A DNA stretch of 64,000 nt from positions 15,134 through 79,133 of the forward strand of contig QHWR01000040.1 of assembly GCA_003223835.1 (NCBI GenBank), given 5' to 3'. The notes under the pieces were generated by a model, which searched no databases, was not told where the DNA came from, and saw only the letters and a list, made by a program, of their open reading frames with translations. The stretch is from Acidobacteriota bacterium (GTDB lineage Bacteria > Acidobacteriota > Vicinamibacteria > Vicinamibacterales > 2-12-FULL-66-21). Positions 41,450-49,550 of the stretch are shown here, in pieces. Made by a program: the position numbers and the translations under genes. Every line of letters starts with the position of its first letter. Within the stretch, counting starts at the first letter, position 1.

Positions 41450-42837
41450 GCCGAGTGTCGCAGCAACTCGCGTAGTTTCGCGTCGTCCTGCGGCAGTACC
41501 GTCCTGAGGTCCAGCACGACCCGATCGTTTTCGATCCTGGCGATGACCGGCGGGTCGAGCGCGCGCAGGCGCTGTTCGATTTGATCCGCGGTCAGGTCGT
41601 CGCGCGTCAACTCCAATAGCCGTGTCGGCAGCGCGGACCCCGGGGCGCTTCCGCCGCCGATCGTGGACTCGCCGTCGACGAGGCGCGTCCGCCACGGCGT
41701 CCCGCGAAGCGCCGACGCGAGCGCCTCGGCACGGCGGCCGATCTCCTCCGCCGTCAGCGCGATCATCCGCACCACCGGTACTTCCTCGCATCCACGCCCG
41801 ATGGCGTGCTGCTCGAGCGTCGCCTCGAGCGCCGCGTACGTCAGCTTGTCCACGCGGAACGCGCGCATCAGCGGGTGCAGGCGGATCCGATCGAGCGGCT
41901 CGCGACGCCCGGCGATGATCCCCGCCTGCGGTCCGCCGAGCAGCTTGTCGCCGCTGAACGTGACGACGTCCGCGCCGGCCTCGACGCTCGCGGACACGAT
42001 CGGCTCGTCTGCGAGCGGCGGAGGCGTGCGGTCGCGCTCCGGCCATCCCAGCCACCCGCTGCCGAGATCTTCGGCGACCGCGACGCCGAACCGGCGCCCG
42101 ATTGCGACGAGGTCCTCCAGCGACGGCCGTTCCGTGAACCCCGAGATCCGGAAGTTCGACGGGTGGACGCGCAGGATGAGCGCCGTGCGGCCGGTGATCG
42201 CCGCGGCGTAGTCCGCCGCGCGCGTCCGATTGGTGGTGCCGATCTCGCGCAGAATCGCGCCGGACTGCGCCATGACGTCGGGGACGCGGAACCCGCCGCC
42301 GATCTCGACCAGCTCGCCGCGCGAGATGATCACTTCCCGTCCCGCCGCGAGGGCCGCCAGCGTCAGCATCGCGGCCGCGGCGTTGTTGTTGACGACGACC
42401 GCGGCTTCGGCGCCGGTGAGCCGCTGGAGCAGGCGCTCGGCATGGGTGTCGCGGCGGCCGCGCGCGCCGGCCTCGAGGTCGTATTCGAGGTTCGTGTACC
42501 CGGCGGCGACGTCCGCGACGCGTGCGGCGGCCGCCGCGGAGAGCGGCGCGCGTCCGAGATTCGTGTGCACGATGACGCCCGTCGCGTTGATCACGCCGAC
42601 GAGCGACGGGCGCATCGCGGCGCGAAGCCGCGATTCCGCGCCGCGCTCGATCTCGAAAACCGCATCGTCCACGGCGATCGCCGCGAGGCCGCCGGAGGCG
42701 AGGCGATCGCGGAGGGCGGCGGTTTCGGCGCGCAGCGCGTCCACGAGCGCCGCGCGGCCGTAGCGCGCCTCGAGCGCGCGCATCGCGTCGCGCTGCCGCA
42801 GCTGTTCGATGGCGGGGATCACACGAAGGTCAGCCAT
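41434..42837 (-). CDS. selA: L-seryl-tRNA(Sec) selenium transferase
   Basis: Start taken at MADLRVIPAIEQLRQRDAM… (ATG 42837). Contains …INATGVIVHTNLGRAPL…, …NNNAAAAMLTLAALA… and …VVTFSGDKLLGGPQAGII… (PLP lysine), the SelA signature. The track's 5' extension to 42924 reads through a repeat element. Confidence 0.9.
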   Translation of the reverse strand: MADLRVIPAIEQLRQRDAMRALEARYGRAALVDALRAETAALRDRLASGGLAAIAVDDAVFEIERGAESRLRAAMRPSLVGVINATGVIVHTNLGRAPLSAAAAARVADVAAGYTNLEYDLEAGARGRRDTHAERLLQRLTGAEAAVVVNNNAAAAMLTLAALAAGREVIISRGELVEIGGGFRVPDVMAQSGAILREIGTTNRTRAADYAAAITGRTALILRVHPSNFRISGFTERPSLEDLVAIGRRFGVAVAEDLGSGWLGWPERDRTPPPLADEPIVSASVEAGADVVTFSGDKLLGGPQAGIIAGRREPLDRIRLHPLMRAFRVDKLTYAALEATLEQHAIGRGCEEVPVVRMIALTAEEIGRRAEALASALRGTPWRTRLVDGESTIGGGSAPGSALPTRLLELTRDDLTADQIEQRLRALDPPVIARIENDRVVLDLRTVLPQDDAKLRELLRHSAVPSP

Positions 42838-42850
42838 GAGAGATGCGCTA

Positions 42851-42939
42851 GAATGACGAATGCCGAATGTCGAATGCCGAACGTGAACCGAGTGCCGATT
42901 CAGATCTCTTTCGGCATTCGGCATTCAGCATTCGGCATT
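42851..42939. repeat. Heptad-armed hairpin: (GAATGNC) x4 facing (GNCATTC) x4
   Basis: Left arm gaatgac gaatgcc gaatgtc gaatgcc (42851..42878). Right arm ggcattc ggcattc agcattc ggcattg (42912..42939). Lies in the divergent spacer between selA and the 42953 gene. Confidence 0.9.
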
Positions 42940-42952
42940 GTCAGAATATCAA

Positions 42953-43396
42953 ATGAGCAGCGACAATCCCCAGGAGGGCGGCGCGCCCGCCGTGCCGGTG
43001 CCGGATTATCGGCCGCTGGAGCGGTTCTGGCCGTACGTCGATCTGCCCGAGCAGCCGAGCGACGAGGAGCTCGCCGCGCTCGACCCGGAGCTCGCGGAAG
43101 CGCTGTTCGGGGCGCCGCGTCTGCCGTTTTCCGTCACGATTGAATTCTCGCCGTTCGACGCGCCGGATTTCGCGCGCGCGATCGAGCTGGCGCGCGGCTC
43201 CCGCGAGTACCGCGAGATCGGCGCCGGCGACCGCCGCCGGCTCCGCGCGCGCTTCTACCCGCAGGACGCCGTCCGCCTGCGCGACTTCTTCGACATCGTC
43301 GGGCGCTTCGACTCGACGGACGTGCTGATCGACGACCGTCCCGTCCCGTACGCGCGCGAACTCTGGCTGCCGCTCATATGGTTTCTGATTCGGTAA
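42953..43396 (+). CDS. Hypothetical protein (147 aa)
   Basis: ATG 42953 (MSSDNPQEGG…). Acidic and Pro-rich N-terminus; no family recognised. Bracketed on both sides by heptad-armed hairpins. Confidence 0.5.
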   Translation: MSSDNPQEGGAPAVPVPDYRPLERFWPYVDLPEQPSDEELAALDPELAEALFGAPRLPFSVTIEFSPFDAPDFARAIELARGSREYREIGAGDRRRLRARFYPQDAVRLRDFFDIVGRFDSTDVLIDDRPVPYARELWLPLIWFLIR

Positions 43397-43467
43397 CAGC
43401 TTCCAGCTGCCAGCTTCCAGCTTCCAGCTCGGAACCATGGAACCGTTGGCCGGGAGCTGGTAGCTGA
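43397..43467. repeat. Heptad-armed hairpin: (CAGCTNC) x5 facing GAGCTGG TAGCTGA
   Basis: Left arm cagcttc cagctgc cagcttc cagcttc cagctcg (43397..43431). Loop ggaaccatggaaccgttggccgg. Right arm gagctgg tagctga (43454..43467). Occupies the whole spacer from the stop at 43396 to ATG 43473. Confidence 0.9.
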
Positions 43468-43472
43468 AGACG

Positions 43473-44063
43473 ATGGCCGATCCCTCCGACCTGCAGAAAG
43501 ATCTCCAGACGCTCGCCGCGGAACTGAAGCGGCTCGAGGCGGAGTACAACATGTTCTTCGCCGGCCGGCTGCCGCGTCCGCCCTGGGAGACACGCGGGCG
43601 CGTGGAGGCGATGTTCAAGCGGTGGGACCGCGGCGTGATCCAGTCCACCGGCGATCGGTTCCGGTTCGAGACGCTGCAGTCGCGGTATCAGGCGTTCGTC
43701 GAGCTGTGGGATCGCGGGCTGAAGGCGCGCGAGGAAGGACGGCCGGGCCCGTTCGCGCAGCCGCCGCCGAAGGAGATCAAGCGCAGGCACAAGGAGCCCG
43801 ACGCCAAGGTGCTGCACGTGACCGCGTTCACCGATCCGATGCGCGAGATGGACAAGCTGCACTCGCTGTACGATTCGCTGATGGACGCGCGGCGCGAGTC
43901 GGGCGAGGACGTCGTCCCGTTCCATCGCTTCGCCGCGCTCGTGAAAGATCAGGTCAGCAAGCTGCGCGAGGAAGGCAGCCCCGAGGTCGCGTTCCGCGTC
44001 GCGAAGAACAAGCACGGCAAGGTGAACTTTACGGTGCGGGCGACGAAGGGCGGGAAAGAGTGA
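43473..44063 (+). CDS. Hypothetical protein (196 aa), coiled-coil-like N-terminus
   Basis: MADPSDLQKDLQTLAAELKRLEAEYNMFFAGRLPRPPWETR…; no family recognised with confidence. Confidence 0.55.
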   Translation: MADPSDLQKDLQTLAAELKRLEAEYNMFFAGRLPRPPWETRGRVEAMFKRWDRGVIQSTGDRFRFETLQSRYQAFVELWDRGLKAREEGRPGPFAQPPPKEIKRRHKEPDAKVLHVTAFTDPMREMDKLHSLYDSLMDARRESGEDVVPFHRFAALVKDQVSKLREEGSPEVAFRVAKNKHGKVNFTVRATKGGKE

Positions 44064-44086
44064 GGGGTGGAGCGCGCAACGACCGG

Positions 44087-44112
44087 AGGCTGGAGGCGGG
44101 CGCCTCCAGCCT
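44087..44112. terminator. Perfect GC-rich hairpin between convergent genes (bidirectional terminator candidate)
   Basis: AGGCTGGAGGCG-GG-CGCCTCCAGCCT, a 12-nt inverted repeat. There is no flanking U-tract, so activity is uncertain. Confidence 0.45.
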
Positions 44113-44127
44113 GCCGATCACGAGAGG

Positions 44128-44334
44128 TCAGCTGACTTTGGTGACGTTGCCGGCCTGCGGGCCCTTCGGACCGTCAACGATCTCGAACTCGACCGCCTGG
44201 CCTTCTTCGAGCGTCCGGAACCCGTTGCCCTGGACCGCCGAGAAGTGGACGAAGACGTCGCTGCCGCCGTCGCGCTCGATGAATCCGTAGCCCTTGGCGT
44301 TGTTGAACCACTTGACCTTGCCTGTGATACGCAT
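44128..44334 (-). CDS. cspA: Cold-shock protein (CspA family)
   Basis: [68 protein letters not shown], with RNP1 (KGYGFI) and RNP2 (VFVHF) motifs. Start taken at the internal Met of track ORF 44128..44433. Confidence 0.95.
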   Translation of the reverse strand: MRITGKVKWFNNAKGYGFIERDGGSDVFVHFSAVQGNGFRTLEEGQAVEFEIVDGPKGPQAGNVTKVS

Positions 44335-44433
44335 CGTACTTTCCCTGCCTTGCAATGACACGGCGATGGTCGCCGCATGACCCCGCCCGCCGGCCCGAAG
44401 AGCCCGATGGGGCCCCGCAAACCGGGCGGACAT

Positions 44434-44458
44434 AAAAAAAGACCGCGAGTGCGCGGCC
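44434..44458 (-). terminator. Hairpin plus U7 inside the cspA 5' leader (attenuator candidate)
   Basis: The minus strand reads GGCCGCG-CACT-CGCGGTC followed by TTTTTTT. It lies ~30-55 nt downstream of the predicted cspA TSS and ~100 nt upstream of the cspA ATG. Confidence 0.45.
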
Positions 44459-44493
44459 TCGGCTTACGACGCTGGCCCGCCAGCGCCGACGGC

Positions 44494-44523
44494 ATACTAC
44501 CGGCGGTCGGAGCGAAATGTCAA
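44494..44523 (-). promoter_or_regulatory. Strong sigma-70-like promoter for cspA: TTGACA-N18-TAGTAT
   Basis: The minus strand reads …ttcTTGACAtttcgctccgaccgccggTAGTATgcc…. The -35 overlaps the divergent purH ATG (44517). This predicts a ~150-nt 5' UTR, as is classical for cspA. Confidence 0.6.
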
Positions 44524-46048
44524 GAAAATCCAGCAATATGCGCGCGATTTTGAGCGTCTCGGACAAGGCGGGGCTCGTCCCGTTCGCGCGTGCCCTCGCC
44601 GCCGCCGGCGTCGCCTTGATCTCGACCGGCGGCACCGCGAAGGCGCTGGCGGACGCCGGCTTGCCGGTGACGAACGTGTCGGACGTCACCGGTTTCCCCG
44701 AGATGATGGACGGCCGCGTCAAGACGCTGCATCCGAAGATCCACGGCGGCATCCTGGCGCGCCGCCATCGGCCCGACGATCTCGCCGCGATCGCGGCTCA
44801 AGGCATCGAGCCGGTGGATCTCGTGGTCGTGAACCTGTATCCGTTCGAGCGGTGCTGCGCGCCGCGGCGAAAAATTTCCGCGACGTCCTCGTCGTCGTGT
44901 ATCCCGCGGACTATCCGCGCGTGCTCGAAGAGCTGGCGCGGCCGGACGGGCCGTCGCTGGCATTCAGGTTCGAGCTGATGAAAAAGGCGTTCGCGCACAC
45001 GGCGCAGTTCGACAAGTTGATTCTCGATACGCTGAACACGATTCGGTGCTCGAACGGCGATTTCTCGCGGGGCGCTCCGCTCGAGAACCGCAGGCAGCTG
45101 CGGTACGGCGAGAACCCGCATCAGCAGGCGATCTGGCTGTGTACGACGGACGCCGCGGCCGAGTGGAAGATCCATCAGGGCAAGGAGCTGTCGTACACGA
45201 ATCTGCTCGACGTCGACGCCGCCGCCCGCATCGCGCTCGAGTTCACGGAGCCGGCGGCGGTTGTCATCAAACACACGAATCCATGCGGGACTGCGACGGG
45301 GTCGTCGATCGCCGACGCGTATGTGCGCGCGCGCGAGGCCGACCCGCTGTCCGCCTTCGGCGGGATCGTCGGGCTGAACCGGCCGGTTGACGAGGAAACG
45401 GCGCGGGCTATTGCGTCGACGTTCATCGAGGCGGTCATCGCCCCCGGAATCGACGAGGCCGCGCGCGGGATTCTCGCGGCCAAGACCAACATGCGCGTCC
45501 TGACGGCGAGCTTCGATCGCCTGCGCGACGACGAGCGATCGGCCAAGGACGGGCGATCGATTCTGGGCGGCTTCCTCGAGCAGGACAGGGATCAGGTCGT
45601 CGAGGCCCGCCTGCCCTGGCCACCGCCGCCGGGTGACGCAACCGCCGCAACGGCGGCGATTCGGGTGGTGACGAAGCGCCAGCCGACGCCGGAGGAGTGG
45701 ACCGCGTTGCGGTTTGCGTGGCGCGTGTGCGCGCACGTCAAATCCAACGCGGTGATCTTCACCGCGGCCGATCGAACGCTGGCGGTGGGCGCCGGTCAGA
45801 TGAGCCGTGTGGACGCGGTCAAGGTCGCGGTGACGAAGGCCGCGGGCCAGAACGTCTCGTTGAAAGGATCAGTCGCGGCGTCGGATGCGTTCTTCCCGTT
45901 CCGCGACGGCCTCGACGCGATCGCGGACGCCGGCGCGACCGCGGTCGTGCAGCCCGGCGGATCCGTGCGCGATCAGGAGGTGATTGCCGCGGCCGACGAG
46001 CGAGGGCTCGCCATGGTGTTCACAGGGCGCCGTCACTTCAGACACTGA
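44517..46048 (+). pseudogene. purH: Bifunctional AICAR transformylase / IMP cyclohydrolase, frame broken near 44851
   Basis: - N-terminal part: [37 protein letters not shown]…[18 protein letters not shown]…VVVNLYPFE (track 44517..).
- C-terminal part, in another frame: (V)[15 protein letters not shown]… to the end (track 44852..46048).
- Missing: the ~22 aa that normally separate NLYPF from LRAAAKN. Confidence 0.88.
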
Positions 46049-47697
46049 TGACGCGACGAGCGACGCTGACGGTCATCCTCGCGCTCGCCTCGATCCTCTT
46101 CTTCGTGGATCTCGGCGGCACCTCGATATGGGACGCGAACGAAGCGTTCTACGTCGAAACGCCGCGCGAGATGCTCGAGGCGCACGACCTCATCAACCCC
46201 ACGTTCGACTACGAGCCGCGCTTCAACAAGCCGGTGCTCAGCTACTGGGTGGTTGCGGCTTTCTACAAGCTGTTCGGCGTCTCCGTCGCCGTGCAGCGAA
46301 TCCCTATCGCCATCGGAGCGTTGATCATCGTCGCCTGCGCGTTCTTCCTCGCGCGTGCCGCCGCCGACGGGGGACTTGGGACGCGGGACGAGGGACGAGG
46401 GACGAGGGACGCGGCGTTGTGGGCCGCCGCCGGCCTCGCCGTTTCCCCCCGGCTGGTGATGTTCGCGCGCCGCATCTTCATCGACATCTGGATCACGGCG
46501 TTCATGTCGCTGACGCTGCTCTTCTTCGCGTTGAGCGAACGTCATCCGGAGAGGCGGCGGTTGTTCCTGATCCTGATGTACGTTGCCGCGGGGCTCGGGA
46601 CGCTGACGAAGGGCCCCGTCGCGATCGTGCTGCCCGCCCTCGCATTCCTCCTGTATCTGATCGTCCATGGGGAACTGCGTCGCCTTCGGTCGATGATGCT
46701 GCCGCTCGGCGTCGTCATCGTCTGCGCCGTCGTGGTGCCGTGGTATCTGGCGGTGTACCACCAGCACGGCTGGCCCTACATCAAGGCATTCTTCATCGGC
46801 GAGAACATCGGGCGCTACACGTCCGGCGTCGGCCTGCAGCAGGAGCGCGGTCTTCTGTTCTATCCGCCGATTATCCTCACCGACTCGTTGCCGCTGTCGT
46901 TTTTTCTGGTCGCCGCGGCGGCGTGGTGGTGGCGCGAGAGCCGGATCCAGACGCTCCTCTGGATCTGGATTGCCGTCATCGTGCTGTTCTTCTCGTTCTC
47001 GGCGAACAAGCAGGATCTGTACATCTACCCGATCGTGCCCGCGGTCGCCGCGCTCGCCGGTGCGTTCCTCTCGCGCGTTGAGGCGGATTCCTCGGGACCG
47101 TTCGCGTGGTGGGCGGCCGTCACGGCCGGCGTCGCCGGGATCTTCCTGGCGGCGGCCGGCGCCGGCGTGCTGTACGTGTTCGAGACGGCGGGCCGGGTGT
47201 ACGCGCTCAACGGCGCGATCGCCATCGGCGTCGTCGGCGTGTGCGGGGGTCTAATCGCGTTTGCGCTCGCCGTCGCGCGGAAGCCGCTGGCGTCGACGTT
47301 CACCCTGCTCATCCTGATGGTCGCGCTCGACTGGACGTTCGTGCTGCGCGTCTTGCCGGACTTCGAGCGCAACAAACCGGTCCCCGGGATCAGCGAGACG
47401 CTTCGCGCGCGCCTGCGTCCGGACGACGTCGTCGCCGTGTTTCACGAGGCGGTGCCGAGCCTCGTCTACTATCTGCGGCGGCACGTGGACATGTACATCG
47501 ACCCGCGCGCGTTCGTCGAGGCGATGTCGCAGCCACGGCGCGTCTACGGCGTGCTGACGCTCAGCGATTACGACGAGCTGCGCCCGCAGATCTCGAGGCC
47601 GACGTGCATCATCGATCGGCGGCCGACCTTCGCCGGAGCTGTTGCTCATTACGAACGATTGTGGCCGACGATAGGTTCGGGGTTCCTGAAACAGTGA
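46048..47697 (+). CDS. Glycosyltransferase family 39 (ArnT/PMT-like, undecaprenyl- or dolichyl-phosphate sugar dependent)
   Basis: ATG 46048 (TGATG overlap with the purH stop). MTRRATLTVILALASILFFVDLGGTSIWDANEAFYVETPREMLE…FNKPVLSYWVVAAFYKLFG…LGTLTKGPVAIVLPAL… is typical of GT39/PMT_2. Polytopic membrane protein. Confidence 0.8.
   Translation: MTRRATLTVILALASILFFVDLGGTSIWDANEAFYVETPREMLEAHDLINPTFDYEPRFNKPVLSYWVVAAFYKLFGVSVAVQRIPIAIGALIIVACAFFLARAAADGGLGTRDEGRGTRDAALWAAAGLAVSPRLVMFARRIFIDIWITAFMSLTLLFFALSERHPERRRLFLILMYVAAGLGTLTKGPVAIVLPALAFLLYLIVHGELRRLRSMMLPLGVVIVCAVVVPWYLAVYHQHGWPYIKAFFIGENIGRYTSGVGLQQERGLLFYPPIILTDSLPLSFFLVAAAAWWWRESRIQTLLWIWIAVIVLFFSFSANKQDLYIYPIVPAVAALAGAFLSRVEADSSGPFAWWAAVTAGVAGIFLAAAGAGVLYVFETAGRVYALNGAIAIGVVGVCGGLIAFALAVARKPLASTFTLLILMVALDWTFVLRVLPDFERNKPVPGISETLRARLRPDDVVAVFHEAVPSLVYYLRRHVDMYIDPRAFVEAMSQPRRVYGVLTLSDYDELRPQISRPTCIIDRRPTFAGAVAHYERLWPTIGSGFLKQ
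46371..46412 (+). repeat. In-frame (GGGACNN) x6 heptad array inside the GT39 coding sequence
   Basis: gggactt gggacgc gggacga gggacga gggacga gggacgc, 42 nt or 14 codons (GLGTRDEGRGTRDA), inserted in a loop after a TM helix. The core is the same as the right arm of the 41347 element. Confidence 0.85.
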
Positions 47698-47704
47698 ACC
47701 AGAC

Positions 47705-47735
47705 CACGAACTCCGAACCGCCGAACGTGGAACCG
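47705..47735. repeat. One-armed 7/8-nt repeat (core CGAAC x4) after the GT39 stop
   Basis: cacgaac tccgaac cgccgaac gtggaac. Cores at 47707, 47714, 47722 and 47729. Confidence 0.5.
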
Positions 47736-47750
47736 ACGCGCTACGCGACC

Positions 47751-48557
47751 ATGGCGTATGGCGAAGGCGCGGCTGTGTACCGGCAGGCCGTGATGCTGCT
47801 CGTATCGTTGCTCGCGCATGCGCCCGCGTCGCGGGAAATCGTCGTCGCGACCGATCGTCCGGAACGGTTCGTCTGGTTCGGGACGCGCATCGAGATCGAG
47901 TATCTTCCGGCGGATCTGCTCGCGCGCTGGCGGGGAACGCCGGCGGTGTCGATGCGCGAGAAGCTCGAGGTCGCGCGGAAGCTGATGCCCGAGCGCGGCG
48001 CGCTGGTGCTGCTCGACGCCGACACGCTCGCGACGTCGGATTTGCGGCCGTTCGTCGAGCGGCTCGGCCGCGGCGCGGTGTTCATGCACGCGTGCGAGTA
48101 CGAGCTGCGGCGGCGGCGCCGTCCCGGCGATCAGCCGTTCCTGCGCGCGCTGCGCGGCGCGACGTTCGCGGGCTGGCAGATGCGGGGGGACGAGCGGATG
48201 TGGAATTCCGGCGTGATCGCGGTGGGCGAACGCGACCGCGCGCTGGTGGACGAGGCGCTGCGGCTGTACGACGCGATGGTGGACGCGGGCGTGCGTCACT
48301 TCGCGCTGGAGCAGTTTGCGGCGGGAACGATCTTCGGGAGGACGGGCCGTCTCGAGGCGGCGCAGCCGTGGTTCGTGCACTACTGGGGGAACAAAGCGGG
48401 GTATGACGCCGAACTCGCGCGGCGTCTGGCCGACGCCTTTCTGCGCGGCGACTCCGTCAAGGAAGCGATCGCGGAGTATCGCGCGCACCCGATCGCGCTG
48501 CCGGCGGAAATGCGCGCGACGCGCTGGCAGAAGCTCCGCGGCTGGCTGCACCGCTGA
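47751..48557 (+). CDS. Hypothetical protein, possible nucleotide-diphospho-sugar transferase (DxD-like LLDADT)
   Basis: 268 aa from ATG 47751, in frame with track ORF 47106..48557. An earlier GTG near 47695 is possible. No confident family; it sits in an LPS-related neighbourhood. Confidence 0.5.
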   Translation: MAYGEGAAVYRQAVMLLVSLLAHAPASREIVVATDRPERFVWFGTRIEIEYLPADLLARWRGTPAVSMREKLEVARKLMPERGALVLLDADTLATSDLRPFVERLGRGAVFMHACEYELRRRRRPGDQPFLRALRGATFAGWQMRGDERMWNSGVIAVGERDRALVDEALRLYDAMVDAGVRHFALEQFAAGTIFGRTGRLEAAQPWFVHYWGNKAGYDAELARRLADAFLRGDSVKEAIAEYRAHPIALPAEMRATRWQKLRGWLHR

Positions 48558-48572
48558 CCGTGGCAGCCACCG

Positions 48573-49550
48573 TTACAGCACGGCGCGCAATTCGTCGGCG
48601 GTGATCGCCGCCGGCCCAAAGCGGCTGACGGCGAGGCCCGCCGCGCGATTCGCCAGCCGTGCGGCATCCGCGAGCGACCCGCCCGCCGCCAGCCCGAGCG
48701 CGATCGCGGCGATGACGGTGTCCCCCGCGCCCGTCACGTCCGACACCTCCAGCGCCTCGGCCGGCAGATCGAACTCGCCGTCCGGCCCGAGCAGCCACAT
48801 CCCGTGCTCCCCCCGCGTGATCAGCACGTTCTCGCAGCGCGCGCGGTCGCGGAAGCGCTGCGCCGCCTCCCGCGCCTCCTCCTCCGACCGGATGCGCATC
48901 AGCGTGACCGCTTCCGCCTCGTGGTGATTCGGCGTCACGAGCGTCGCCCCCGCGTACCGGTCGATGTGCGGCACCTTCGGGTCCACGAGCGACGGCACGC
49001 CGCGCGCGCGCGCCGCCTCGATCGCCGCCGCCGCGACCGCGGCCGTAATCGTGCCTTTCTGATAATCCGAAATCAGCACGACGTCGGTCCGCGCCGCCAG
49101 TTCCCTCACCTTGCGCAGCACCGCATCCTGCAGCGTGCCCCCGATCTCCCGGTCGCTCTCGTAATCGATCCGCGCGACCTGCTGGTTGCGCGTCGTGACG
49201 ACCCGCAGCTTCCGCGTCGTGGACCGCTCCGCATCCGTGACGACGCCCGTCGTGCCGATCGCCATGCGCGCGAGGTCCGCGAGCAGCCGCGCCGCCGAAT
49301 CGTCCGACCCCGCGACCCCGACGACGTCGGCGTGTCCGCCGAGCGCCGCAACGTTGTGCGCCACGTTCGCCGCCCCCCCGAGCCGGTACTCCTCGTGATC
49401 GAACTGCACGACCGGCACCGGCGCTTCGGGCGAAATGCGATCGACGCGCCCGATCAGGAAATGATCGAGCATCAGATCGCCGATGACGAGGACGGATCGC
49501 CCGCGGGCGCGGTCGAGCAGCCGTTGCAGGTCAGACGGCGCGGCGCACAT
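48573..49550 (-). CDS. rfaE1: D-glycero-beta-D-manno-heptose-7-phosphate kinase (RfaE domain I only; PfkB family)
   Basis: MCAAPSDLQRLLDRARGRSVLVIGDLMLDHFLIGRVDRISPEAPVPVVQFDHEEYRLGGAANVAHNVAALGG…DVTGAGDTVIAAIALGLAAGGSL…. The kinase domain of HldE/RfaE is present, with no adenylyltransferase domain attached. Confidence 0.85.
   Translation of the reverse strand: MCAAPSDLQRLLDRARGRSVLVIGDLMLDHFLIGRVDRISPEAPVPVVQFDHEEYRLGGAANVAHNVAALGGHADVVGVAGSDDSAARLLADLARMAIGTTGVVTDAERSTTRKLRVVTTRNQQVARIDYESDREIGGTLQDAVLRKVRELAARTDVVLISDYQKGTITAAVAAAAIEAARARGVPSLVDPKVPHIDRYAGATLVTPNHHEAEAVTLMRIRSEEEAREAAQRFRDRARCENVLITRGEHGMWLLGPDGEFDLPAEALEVSDVTGAGDTVIAAIALGLAAGGSLADAARLANRAAGLAVSRFGPAAITADELRAVL

Noticed and set aside
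45697-46047. The 5' extension of the GT39 ORF (track start 45697), and likewise the extensions of selA to 42924, the O-antigen ligase to 51528 and GT9 to 51941.
   Set aside because: The extensions overlap neighbouring genes or repeat elements in alternate frames. They are Arg-rich and precede internal starts where homology-like sequence begins.
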